This document shows, one piece after another, positions 10,698 through 20,800 of a stretch of 64,000 nt of DNA; position 1 is the stretch's first letter; each line of letters starts with the position of its first letter. The position numbers were made by a program, and so were the translations under genes. The notes beneath the pieces are model-generated. The model was not told the origin of the DNA and did no database searches. It worked only from the letters and a program-made list of their open reading frames with translations. The stretch comes from an uncultured Rhodothermaceae bacterium (lineage in GTDB: Bacteria; Bacteroidota; Rhodothermia; Rhodothermales; JAHQVL01), in contig CAZGHT010000012.1 in assembly GCA_964525535.1 (NCBI GenBank), positions 3,040-67,039 of the forward strand, given 5' to 3'.

Positions 10698-11207
10698 ATG
10701 AGTCACAAGGCACATCTGGAAGCATCCAGGAATACCGCGGTTCGTTGTGCCGTGGTTACCGTCAGCGATACACGCACCCGGGAAACGGATCGAAGCGGCG
10801 CCTTGACGCAGAGCCTGCTGCACGACCACGGGTTCGAAGTAGTTGCGTACAAGATCGTGCCCGACGAACCCAGGGAGATCTTCGAGGTCCTCGACACCTT
10901 GTCTCAGACCGCCGAGGCGATTCTGTTTAACGGCGGCACCGGCATCAGTAAGCGCGACAACACCTACGAAGCCGTGTCGGCCCACCTCGAAAAGTACCTG
11001 CCCGGCTTCGGTGAAATTTTTCGTATGCTTTCTTATCAAGAAATCGGGGCTGCGGCCATGCTTTCGCGGGCCACGGCCGGCTTATACCGCGACGCCCTGG
11101 TTTTTTCGACACCGGGCTCAACCAACGCTGTACGCCTGGCCATGGAGAAACTGATCCTCCCCCAGCTCAAGCACCTGGTCTGGGAGGTGCTTCGCCAGAG
11201 TGCATGA
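10698..11207 (+). CDS. moaB: Molybdenum cofactor biosynthesis protein B (MoaB/MogA family)
   Basis: [43 protein letters not shown]. Confidence 0.88.
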   Translation: MSHKAHLEASRNTAVRCAVVTVSDTRTRETDRSGALTQSLLHDHGFEVVAYKIVPDEPREIFEVLDTLSQTAEAILFNGGTGISKRDNTYEAVSAHLEKYLPGFGEIFRMLSYQEIGAAAMLSRATAGLYRDALVFSTPGSTNAVRLAMEKLILPQLKHLVWEVLRQSA

Positions 11208-11307
11208 TCGGATACACACAGGGCCGGGGGTTTCGACGAAACGCTTCTCGTAAGATCGATGTATAAGGGCCGCATTATCTAACTCTATTATCATCCCTGT
11301 TCAACGA

Positions 11308-12822
11308 ATGGCGTCGCACCCACCCTTTCAACTCCACAACACGTTAACCGGTACTCTGGACACGCTGACTCCCGGCGAACCTGGCCAGTTGCGCATGTAC
11401 ACGTGTGGCCCAACCGTCTATTCGTACGCACACATCGGCAATTTTCGCACATTCCTCACTTCCGACCTCATATATCGCACCGCGCGCGCCATCGGTTGGA
11501 ACGTACGCCATGTGAGCAACATCACCGATGTGGGGCACCTGACCGAAGACGACGTTGCGGATGCCACAGGAGAAGACAAGATGGCAAAGGCGTTGCGCTC
11601 CAAAGAAGGCGAACATTTTGCGACCGTATGGGATCTGGCCCGGTATTACGCCGACTCGCTCGTTATGGACTGGAAATCGCTGAACCTTCACGAACCCGAT
11701 GTGCGCCCTCGCGCTACCGAACACATCACTCAGCAAATTGCCGCCATCGAGACCCTGATCGCGCAGGGCCACGCGTACGAAACCGATACGGCCGTCTACT
11801 TCGACGTGAGCAGCTTCAAGGACTACGGCAAGCTGTCCGGCAACACAGACGCCCGGCATCTCGCTGAGGCCGTGCGTGAGATCGTCGTCGACCCCAACAA
11901 GCGCCATCCCAGGGATTTCGCCTTATGGAAAAAAGACGACAACCATTTGATGCAATGGTACAGCCCGTTCGGCCAGGGCTTTCCGGGCTGGCACATCGAA
12001 TGTTCGGTCATGTCCATGATGTATCTCGGTGAACATTTCGACCTCCACGGGGGCGGGGAAGACCTCATCTTCCCGCATCACGAGTGCGAAATTGCCCAGT
12101 CTGAAGCCCTGACGGGGGCTCCCTTTGCGGACATGTGGGTGCATACACGTTTCTTGCAGGTCGAGGGTAAGAAGATGTCGAAGAGCACGGGCAATTTTTT
12201 TACCGTCCGGGACCTGACCCGGCCAACATCCAGCGGGGGCCGAGGCATCAAGCCGCTCGCTCTGCGGCTTGCCCTGATCAGCGGCCAATACCGCAAGCCG
12301 TACAACTTTACGTTCAAGACGCTGAGCGACTGTGCCCAGATCGTTCACCGGTTCGAGGAGGTTCAGCGCGTAGTAGACGAAGGCATTGCAGCACAGGCCC
12401 CGGGACCGGATGACATCGGCGAACGCCTCGACGAGAGCTACCAGCGAACGCTGCACGCCCTGCTCGACGACCTCAATACGCCGCTGGCCATTTCGTCGGC
12501 CCTCGAAGCCGTCAAACAAGTATTGCGGGAGGGTACCCTGAACGCGGCTTCGGCAAAACGCACTCAGGAATGGCTGGACAAGACCAACGCGTTGCTCGGC
12601 ATATATAGATACGACAACGGATTCACTGCCCACACCGAACCCACTCCGGAAGACGACGACCTGTCGGATCGGGTGGAAGCCCTGCTCGAGGAACGCCAGC
12701 AAGCCCGCAATGCACGAGACTATGCCCGCGCCGACGCGATCAGGGACGAGTTGGCCGCGATGGGGATCGAAGTCGAGGACACCCCTGAAGGCCCCAAGTG
12801 GAAAAGAAAATCGGATCGGTAA
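11308..12822 (+). CDS. cysS: Cysteine--tRNA ligase
   Basis: CGPTVY, HIGN, DFALWK, PGWHIECS, FPHHECE, KMSKS. Confidence 0.96.
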   Translation: MASHPPFQLHNTLTGTLDTLTPGEPGQLRMYTCGPTVYSYAHIGNFRTFLTSDLIYRTARAIGWNVRHVSNITDVGHLTEDDVADATGEDKMAKALRSKEGEHFATVWDLARYYADSLVMDWKSLNLHEPDVRPRATEHITQQIAAIETLIAQGHAYETDTAVYFDVSSFKDYGKLSGNTDARHLAEAVREIVVDPNKRHPRDFALWKKDDNHLMQWYSPFGQGFPGWHIECSVMSMMYLGEHFDLHGGGEDLIFPHHECEIAQSEALTGAPFADMWVHTRFLQVEGKKMSKSTGNFFTVRDLTRPTSSGGRGIKPLALRLALISGQYRKPYNFTFKTLSDCAQIVHRFEEVQRVVDEGIAAQAPGPDDIGERLDESYQRTLHALLDDLNTPLAISSALEAVKQVLREGTLNAASAKRTQEWLDKTNALLGIYRYDNGFTAHTEPTPEDDDLSDRVEALLEERQQARNARDYARADAIRDELAAMGIEVEDTPEGPKWKRKSDR

Positions 12823-12831
12823 CAGGAACCT

Positions 12832-13833
12832 ATGGAAATCCTCTTCCCCATGACGCAACGCCCTCGCCGGTTGAGAACCACCGAGGCGATGCGGAGAATG
12901 GTGCGCGAAACCCGGCTATCCGTCGACAACCTGGTGGCGCCGCTGTTTCTGGTCGACGGCGAAGGCGTCCGCGAGCCCATCCCGGCCATGCCGGGTCAGT
13001 TCCGCCTCAGCATCGACGAGCTGGTGCGCGAAGCGACGACCCTCCACCGGCTCGGCATCCCTGCCGTCGCGCTGTTTCCCAACATTCATGACAGCCTCAA
13101 GGATCCTTCCGGCACGGAGAGCCTGAACCCGGATGGGCTGTATCCCCGAGCGATCAAGGCCTTAAAAGCCGAACTTCCCGACGTGCTGGTCATCACCGAT
13201 GTCGCCCTGGACCCCTATTCCTCTGACGGCCACGACGGCGTCGTCAAAAATGGCGTCGTAGCCAATGACGCGTCGCTCGACGTCCTCTCCCAGATGGCAT
13301 TGCTTCAGGCCGATGCAGGAGCGGACATCATAGCGCCCTCCGATATGATGGACGGCCGCGTGGCGGCCATCCGAGACGTGCTCGACGATGCCGGACACGT
13401 CCATACTTCGATCCTCTCCTATGCGGCCAAATACGCATCGTCGTATTACGGCCCTTTCAGAGAAGCGCTCGACTCCGCCCCGCGATCGGAGGCAGGCATA
13501 CCGACTGACAAGAAAACGTATCAGATGGACCCTGCGAACGCCAGGGAGGCCCTGCGGGAGTCCTATCTGGATATCGAAGAGGGGGCGGATATCGTTATGG
13601 TGAAACCGGCGGTCCATTACCTCGACGTGATATACCGCATCGCCGAGCACGTGGACGTTCCGGTGGCAGCCTATCATGTCAGTGGGGAGTATGCCATGAT
13701 CAAGGCGGCGGCACAAGCCGGCTGGCTGGAGGAACGCCCGGCCGTCCTGGAAGCGCTGACCGGTATTCGACGAGCCGGCGCCGATGTATTGTTGACCTAT
13801 TTCGCCAAAGATGTAGCCGGCTGGCTCCGCTGA
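12832..13833 (+). CDS. hemB: Porphobilinogen synthase (ALA dehydratase)
   Basis: RPRRLR, DVALDPYSSDGHDG (Asp-type, non-Zn site), APSDMMDGRV, YGPFREA, MVKPA. Confidence 0.96.
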   Translation: MEILFPMTQRPRRLRTTEAMRRMVRETRLSVDNLVAPLFLVDGEGVREPIPAMPGQFRLSIDELVREATTLHRLGIPAVALFPNIHDSLKDPSGTESLNPDGLYPRAIKALKAELPDVLVITDVALDPYSSDGHDGVVKNGVVANDASLDVLSQMALLQADAGADIIAPSDMMDGRVAAIRDVLDDAGHVHTSILSYAAKYASSYYGPFREALDSAPRSEAGIPTDKKTYQMDPANAREALRESYLDIEEGADIVMVKPAVHYLDVIYRIAEHVDVPVAAYHVSGEYAMIKAAAQAGWLEERPAVLEALTGIRRAGADVLLTYFAKDVAGWLR

Positions 13834-13860
13834 CCGCTACCGAACGTATGAGCTCTTGTT

Positions 13861-14364
13861 ATGCATATTAACCCCCTCGATTACGGCGCCTTAAAAGGCG
13901 GTCTCGCTCGCATGATGGATCGCTACAAAGAAGAAGGCACCCTCACCGGAGATCACGAGGCCGACCGATTTATTCGCCAGGATCCCAATGCCGCCCTGCT
14001 CGGCCTCCTGTACGATCAACGCGTACGCGCCGAATACGCCTTTACCGGCCCACAACGGCTGTACGAACGGCTCGGACACCTCGACATGAAAACGATCGCC
14101 GCCTTCGACGAAGATGCGTTTCGTGCGCTCTTTGCAGAACAACCTGCCGTACACCGGTTTACGAACAAGATGGCGGACACAACCCGGGACGTCGCCCGCA
14201 TCTTGAGCGAAAAGTACGAGGGCGACGCCTCAAACATCTGGTCCGATGGAGCCGACTTTGCCGAAATCAAGAAACGGGTCAAAGCGTTGCCCGGCTTTGG
14301 AGAACAAAAGGCGTCCAAGATGAAGTACGTCCTCCACTACTTCGGCTTCAGGGACTTCTCTTGA
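13861..14364 (+). CDS. HhH-GPD-type base-excision-repair-like protein
   Basis: DPNAALLGLLYDQRVRAEYAFTGP, PAVHRF, HhH motif ALPGFGEQKA. Confidence 0.75.
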   Translation: MHINPLDYGALKGGLARMMDRYKEEGTLTGDHEADRFIRQDPNAALLGLLYDQRVRAEYAFTGPQRLYERLGHLDMKTIAAFDEDAFRALFAEQPAVHRFTNKMADTTRDVARILSEKYEGDASNIWSDGADFAEIKKRVKALPGFGEQKASKMKYVLHYFGFRDFS

Positions 14365-14395
14365 CGCATCGTCAGATGCCGGTTCATATGCCGGG

Positions 14396-14752
14396 TCATA
14401 TGCTGGCAACAACCGCGTTTCCGTCCTCGCGCGTGTTCAGCAATCCGTTGATCCGTTGCGTTATGTGGCCGGCTTCGATCGCCTTGATGAAACGCTCTCG
14501 TTTGCCGCGGGTCTTCAGTTTGATGCGGCCTTCGATCGTGTACGTCAACACCATCTCGGTGACCCCGTGCCGGCGCAAGACGTGCCGTGTCTGTCCGAGC
14601 GGGTCTCTGTATACGAGTAGCAGATAATCGTTGAAATCGTTGTGCTGGACCGCCATGAGGTCCTCCGCTTCGAAGTAATTGGTGTTTTCTACGGTAGCGC
14701 AACCCGCACAGGCGAACAGGGAAAAAACGAGTATGAAGATGAGTTTTTGCAT
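14396..14752 (-). CDS. Hypothetical small lipoprotein
   Basis: 118-aa ORF with ATG start, hydrophobic signal and Cys (LFACAGC); fills the gap downstream of trkH. Confidence 0.65.
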   Translation of the reverse strand: MQKLIFILVFSLFACAGCATVENTNYFEAEDLMAVQHNDFNDYLLLVYRDPLGQTRHVLRRHGVTEMVLTYTIEGRIKLKTRGKRERFIKAIEAGHITQRINGLLNTREDGNAVVASI

Positions 14753-14866
14753 GGTTTTGGGGCCTTATATTGATCTCGAATCACGTCTTTGAAGTTTCGG
14801 AATGAGGCCAAAAACCTTAAGACGCAGCGGACAGGAAAATAAGGGCGCGCTTTCCGAACGAGTCGT

Positions 14867-16369
14867 TCACCGCTTCCAGAACGCGACGGAGAAAAGGACC
14901 AGCACCGTGAAGAGCTCGAGCCGGCCCGCCATCATAAGCAAGGCGAGCACCCATTTCCCGAATGCAGGTATCGGCGCATAGGTCTCGGTGGGTCCGAAAT
15001 CGCCGAAGGCCGGGCCTACATTACCGATCGAGGACATCGCAACGGAGAAGGAGCTCAACACGTCCAGCCCCATCGTCGACATCACGAGGGTGCTGAAGCC
15101 GAGGAGGGCAAAATAGAGGACGAAGAAGGACAAGACATTGCCCATGATTTCTTTCGACACGATCTGCCCGTTGATCCGGATGTGCATGACTGCATTGGGA
15201 TGGATGAGTTGTTTCAACTCGGTAAACGAATTTTTATACAGCAGGACGTGGCGGATGACTTTGATCCCGCCGCCGGTGGAGCCGGCCATGCCTCCCGAGA
15301 AGAAGAGGAAAAAGAGAACGCTATTCGCCATGGCGGGCCATAACTCGTAGTCTGCCGTCCCGAAACCGGTCGTGGTGACGATGGCAACGGCCTGAAAAGC
15401 GGCCTTTCTGAACGATTCTGAGAACGAAGCGTACGTGAGGGCCTCGGTACGTCCTGCCGAATCCGTATAAGCGAGCGGCTCCCACACAGCTACGACCAGC
15501 AACAGCGTGCTCACGGCCATGATGCTCAGATAGACGTTCAGCTCCGCATCTCTGCGCAGGCTCACGAACTGCCCGCGCAGCATGCGATAATGGAGGGCGA
15601 AGTTGATGCCTGCCAGGATCATGAAAACGATGATGACCCATTCGACATAGGCTGACTGGAAATGGCCGACAGAAGCGTTCTTCGTCGAGAACCCGCCGGT
15701 CGCCATTGTGGCGAAAGCATGGTTGACGGCGTCGAACAACCCCATGGCCGGCCACAACAATAGCACCTGAACGGCTGTGAATCCGACGTAAACCAGCCAG
15801 AGCCGTTTCGCCGTTTCTGCGATTCGCGGGGTCAGCTTGTCCGCCGTCAGGCCGGGCACTTCCGCTTTGAACAACTGCATGCCACCCATACCCAGGACAG
15901 GCATGATGGCGAGGGTGAGCACGATGATCCCCATGCCTCCCAGCCAGTGGCACAGGCTTCTCCAGAACAAGAAGGACGCCGGCAGCTCTTCGATAGCCGG
16001 CGTATCGACCCCGCCCAGGATGGTCGCCCCGGTGGTAGTCAGCCCGCTCATCGTCTCGAAGAAGGCATCGGTATAGGAGGCCAGGACGCCGGAAAACACA
16101 AAGGGCAGGGCGCCCACCAGCGAGAGGACGAACCAGGCCAGCGAAACCACAGCGAACCCTTCACGCGACCTCAACGGCTCGCTCGACCTCCCGTACGCCC
16201 GATATCCCCCGGCGCCCAATCCCAGCGCGATCCCCGCAGCCAGCCCGAAGCTCCACCAGACCCCATCGCTTTGAATGAGGCTCACGAACATCGGCGCGAG
16301 GAGGGCAACCCCGAGAAAGAACAGCAGAATGCCCAGCGTACCCAGCACGGCCTTCAGGTTTAGAAGCAT
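14867..16369 (-). CDS. trkH: Trk potassium uptake membrane protein
   Basis: FFETMSGLTTTGAT, WLGGMGII, ATGGFS, TTTGF, GSTGGGIK, GRLE motifs. Confidence 0.94.
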   Translation of the reverse strand: MLLNLKAVLGTLGILLFFLGVALLAPMFVSLIQSDGVWWSFGLAAGIALGLGAGGYRAYGRSSEPLRSREGFAVVSLAWFVLSLVGALPFVFSGVLASYTDAFFETMSGLTTTGATILGGVDTPAIEELPASFLFWRSLCHWLGGMGIIVLTLAIMPVLGMGGMQLFKAEVPGLTADKLTPRIAETAKRLWLVYVGFTAVQVLLLWPAMGLFDAVNHAFATMATGGFSTKNASVGHFQSAYVEWVIIVFMILAGINFALHYRMLRGQFVSLRRDAELNVYLSIMAVSTLLLVVAVWEPLAYTDSAGRTEALTYASFSESFRKAAFQAVAIVTTTGFGTADYELWPAMANSVLFFLFFSGGMAGSTGGGIKVIRHVLLYKNSFTELKQLIHPNAVMHIRINGQIVSKEIMGNVLSFFVLYFALLGFSTLVMSTMGLDVLSSFSVAMSSIGNVGPAFGDFGPTETYAPIPAFGKWVLALLMMAGRLELFTVLVLFSVAFWKR

Positions 16370-16483
16370 GCGACCTCAGTATATAAGGAAGGATAGTACG
16401 CATCTATGCGTACCGTCACCAAATGATGACATGCAAACGCTACTACCGCCATAGTAAGAACCGGGTTCTCCAAACGCCAAACC

Positions 16484-17839
16484 CTACCGGGCTTTTTCGA
16501 AGATACGCTCTGCCCTGGGGATCGACCTGGACCGAACGAACACGATGGCGCGATCGCCGGGCTGGATGTGAGTTTCCCCCGTAGCCACCTCGACGTCCTT
16601 CCCGTGCATGACGGCGCCCAGGATCAGGTCGTCGGGCAAATCGAGTTCGGCGACCGGTTTTCGCGTGATCAGGGATCTCTTCTTGGCTTCGACTTCCAGG
16701 ATCTCTACGTCGAAACCGTGTACGGTGGCCACACTCAACACGTGTTTCCCCCGAAGGAAGTGCAAAATTTCGCGAGAAATGGCGAGTTTTTTACTCACTG
16801 CGGCATCGAGCCCGATGGCCTGGCTGATCGGCACATAGGCGGATTTGGAGAGGATGGCCACCGTTTTCTGAACTCCGAGGTGTTTAGCCATCAGGCAGGC
16901 GACGAGATTCGATTCTTCGTCGTCGGTGACGGCTACGAATGCATCCATTTCGCCGAGCCCTTCGGTGACGAGCAAATCTATGTCTGTCAGATCCCCGTGG
17001 ATGACGAGTGCATTTTTCAAGTTTCGTGCTACCTTTTCGGCCCGGTCACGGCTGGACTCCACCAGCTTGATGCTCCGGAACTTTCGTTGCCCCAGCTGTT
17101 GTGCAATGAGCGCACCCACACGGGTGCCGCCCAGGATCATCACATTCTGTATGCGTTGCTCACTTTTGCCCAACAACCGGGACACGTGAGGCATGTGTTT
17201 GGGCCGGGCGAGCACGAACACCTGGTCGTTCTTCTGCAACCTGACGTCACCCCGGGGCAACAACGTGCGTATGCCGCGACTGACGCCTACGATACGAAAG
17301 GGTATATCGGGCTGCCTGGAGGCCAGTTCTTTCAAGGAGACCCCCAGGACCGAGGAGGTCGCGTCAAGACGCATACCTACGAGGTGGAGCCTGCCGTCGG
17401 CGAACGTCAACACGTCGGTCGCGTTGGACCGGAAGATCAGGCGGGTAACCTCCTGAGCGGTACTTTCTTCAGGATGGATCAGGATATCGATACCAAAATC
17501 CTGGGCCTTGATGATAGACTGCGATTGATCGATCACATTGGACCGCACACGAGCGACGGTCGTTTTCACGCCCAACCGGCTGGCCATCATGCAGGAGACG
17601 AGATTGACCTCGTCAATGGTCGTCACCGCGATGAGGATATCCGACTGCCGTACGCCGCAGTCCATCAACACCTCGGCCGACGTGCCACCGCCGTGTATAG
17701 TCATCACATCGAGGCGATTTTTCACGTAATCCAACGCTCCCTCATCCACGTCCACAACCGTCACATCATGTTGTTCAAGGGCCAGAAGACGAGCCACATC
17801 AAATCCGACTTCGCCAGCTCCAATCACGATTGCCTTCAT
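16484..17839 (-). CDS. trkA: Trk potassium uptake regulatory subunit
   Basis: Two RCK repeats (IGAGEVG; ILGGTRVG), DEVNL and EESNL motifs; 451 aa. Confidence 0.94.
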   Translation of the reverse strand: MKAIVIGAGEVGFDVARLLALEQHDVTVVDVDEGALDYVKNRLDVMTIHGGGTSAEVLMDCGVRQSDILIAVTTIDEVNLVSCMMASRLGVKTTVARVRSNVIDQSQSIIKAQDFGIDILIHPEESTAQEVTRLIFRSNATDVLTFADGRLHLVGMRLDATSSVLGVSLKELASRQPDIPFRIVGVSRGIRTLLPRGDVRLQKNDQVFVLARPKHMPHVSRLLGKSEQRIQNVMILGGTRVGALIAQQLGQRKFRSIKLVESSRDRAEKVARNLKNALVIHGDLTDIDLLVTEGLGEMDAFVAVTDDEESNLVACLMAKHLGVQKTVAILSKSAYVPISQAIGLDAAVSKKLAISREILHFLRGKHVLSVATVHGFDVEILEVEAKKRSLITRKPVAELDLPDDLILGAVMHGKDVEVATGETHIQPGDRAIVFVRSRSIPRAERIFEKAR

Positions 17840-17864
17840 GCGTTCCGTATTCCATTGTCAGGGT

Positions 17865-20800
17865 TCAATCCTCAATCAACGGCAATCTAATCCAAAAAGT
17901 TGTCCCCTGGTGTTCTTCCGTTTGAAATCCTATCTCGCCGTTCAATTCTTCGACGCTTTTTTTCACGATGGCGAGCCCCAAACCCGTTCCGCTCGTCTTC
18001 GAGGAAAAGTTAGGCTCGAATATACGGTCGACCACGTCACGGGATATGCCGGTCCCTTCGTCTTCGACGGTGCTATAGGCCCATTTCGTATGCCCATGCT
18101 TTCCCTGCTCCAGCGAGGAGGACACTTTAATCCGCACGTTTTTCTTCTGGGATGTCGCTTCTATCGCGTTCTTGATGAGGTTGATGTAGATGCGGCGGAG
18201 TTCTTCTTTGTCTGCGAGCAGGATCAGCGGTTCGTCGGACACGTCGATCTGTATCTCATTGTGGACCTGTTCCTGCATGAGGTCAACGGCTTCGTTCAGC
18301 ACCCCATTGAGGTCCAGGGGTTCGAGCAAGCGCTTCGGCATGCGCGCAAAAGAGGAAAATTCGTTGGCGATGCGAGCCAGGGCATCCACCTGTTCGATGA
18401 GTGTGGACGTAATCCGGTCGAAGAGGTGGTTGAACCGTTCTGATTTGCCGTCTCCCGAAGGATCCTTACCGCCATTTACTCCCGCGAAAGCGCGCCGGAG
18501 GTGCTGTACAGACAGCTTCATCGGAGTCAGCGGATTTTTGATCTCATGAGCCACCTGCCGGGCCATCTCACGCCAGGCGAGCTGCCTCTCCTGCTGGGCC
18601 AGTTGCCTGCGGCTATCGGCGAGCTGTTCTTGCATCGCGTTGAACGTGTGCACGAGTTCGCCGATTTCATCCCGGGTATCGACGGGCAGCGGGCGTTCGA
18701 ACCGGCCGCGCGCTACGGCCTCCAGGCCTTCGCGCAGCCTGCCGATCGGACGTGCCAGGGCATTGGCCAGCAGGGATGCCGTGAGCATCACCGCGATGAC
18801 GAGCAACAGGAGAGCGCCGAACAAATAGGCCACGGTACGAGCGCGTTCCTCCTCGATGCGTTCCTGTTCCGGCAATGTGGGCACCGAGATGATGTAACGC
18901 GGCTCTCCGTTCCGATCCGGCAGCACGCGATAGCCGGCTGTGTATTGAAAGGTCCCGACCTTCTGCGGGGCGAACGCATGCCGGCTGCCCTGATAGAACA
19001 ACTCGTAATAGGCGCTGGACGGAAGTCGCTCATCGATCAGCCGATCCCTGACCAGTTGTTGCCGGCTCGTTCTGGCCAGCCCCATGCCTTCGTACACGTT
19101 CAAGTCCAGCCCGACTTTTTCGGACAACTCATGGACATCCATCCGGCTCAACACCTCCGAAGGCAGCTCTCCGAACTCGGCATTCAGCACCAGATATTCT
19201 TCGACTCGCTCCAGCTGGGCCTTTATCCAGCTTTCGATCGCATTTTCGTTTTCCGAGGTGATTACGCGCAGACCGAACATCCCAACGATGCCGACGGCAA
19301 ACACGCCGACCCCTAAGAACGCGTTCAGAACCCGGTCTTTGAACCGGAGCCGGCTTCGCCTCCAAAACCCATTCTTGAGCCATACCAGGCGCGCGATGAG
19401 GTACAACGGGGCGCCCACGCATATGCCCGCGACGATAAAACGGAGCAGATAATAGAGATGATCGAACAGGTTCATCTTCGACGTGCGCACGGCGGTCACC
19501 GAGGTGATCGGCGCGCTGGTCACCGAGGAGCTTTCGACGAGGATGCGTTTGTAGTAGGTGACGTATTCCCGGTCGCCCCGCTTCTCCTCGTTCCACAACT
19601 CCTCCTGCAGCCGAAGCTGGTCGTACACGTCTTCCCTCATCCGGTAGTGCCCGAACTCGGCCCCTATGCTGCGCACCAACACATCGCCCTGGAACTGGGC
19701 GAGGGACAAATTGCCCTGCAGCTGGCTGACGCCCTGGGGAAGCAGCACTTTGGGGAACAAGGTGCTCTCGTCGTGGATCAGTGCCTTGGGTTCTGCCCTG
19801 GCGACAATCCAGCCGACTATGCCGGACGTGTCCGACTGGACCAGGGGCCCGATGCCGCCGTACTGAAATCGCTCTGTCTCGAAACGGCCGGTCAGGATTT
19901 CGACCAGAATGCTGTCCGTCCCGCTTTCTTCGAACATGGACTTCAACGTCAAATATTCATCGCGCACCGCCGTATCGATGAATGCTTCCGAGGCATCTTG
20001 ATCCCCTTGAACAAAATGGCTGACCCGGGCCGCGCTGGAATCGAATACCGCAATACTTACGTCGTGCGTCACCAGGGAGGACAACGAGGAGAGGCGATGC
20101 AGCCGCCCCACGAGTTCATCGACCTGTTCCTGCCGTTCTCTACCCGCCGGCAGGCCGAGGCTGCCAGCCAGCTCACCGCTATCACGAGCGTCATACAGGA
20201 TCTCCTCTAAGGCGAACACGACACGAGGGTCCTGCCTGGAGTCAAAAGAATTGGCCGCCTCGACCATACGGCTCCGCAATTGAGCGTCCATGCCGCGATC
20301 CAGAAAACCGTACAGCGGCACGGACAGCAACAGGATGGCCAGCAGCACCCCTCGAATGTGCAGCCATTGGGGGAGCTTCTCGGGTTGCCTCGCCGCAAAA
20401 ACGCTGCCCATCCAACAGGCGGTAACAATCACCATCACAAAGAGCGCCGGGGCGCGGTAGACGGGATCCTGCCACGTAACGCCGTAGAGCCAACCGGCCA
20501 GCAGTATCAGCCCCCCGATGCTCGCCCACAGCCCGTACAGGGGCCCGACGAACGGCCAGTACAACCGCCCCTGCTGGACTGCAAACCAGGCCAGCGATAC
20601 GTTCAAGACAAAAACAGCGACGGCAAAAATATTGAGGGTGCAGAAGACGAAAAAGACGAGCCGGTCCGGTATGAGGCCGGAACGATTGACATAGTCCAGG
20701 GTGCTGTCGATGACTGATCGAAAAATCAGCTGGCCGAGGATGTGATTCAGTACGACCATCAGAGATATTGACGCCGCAGCGAGAAGAAGAACGCGCAGTG

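Noticed and set aside
16568-17890. Long antisense ORFs, e.g. 440 aa opposite trkA; also 27639-28685, 48826-49836, 54243-55229, 24547-25524
   Set aside because: Shadow frames of well-supported genes, expected from GC-rich codon bias.
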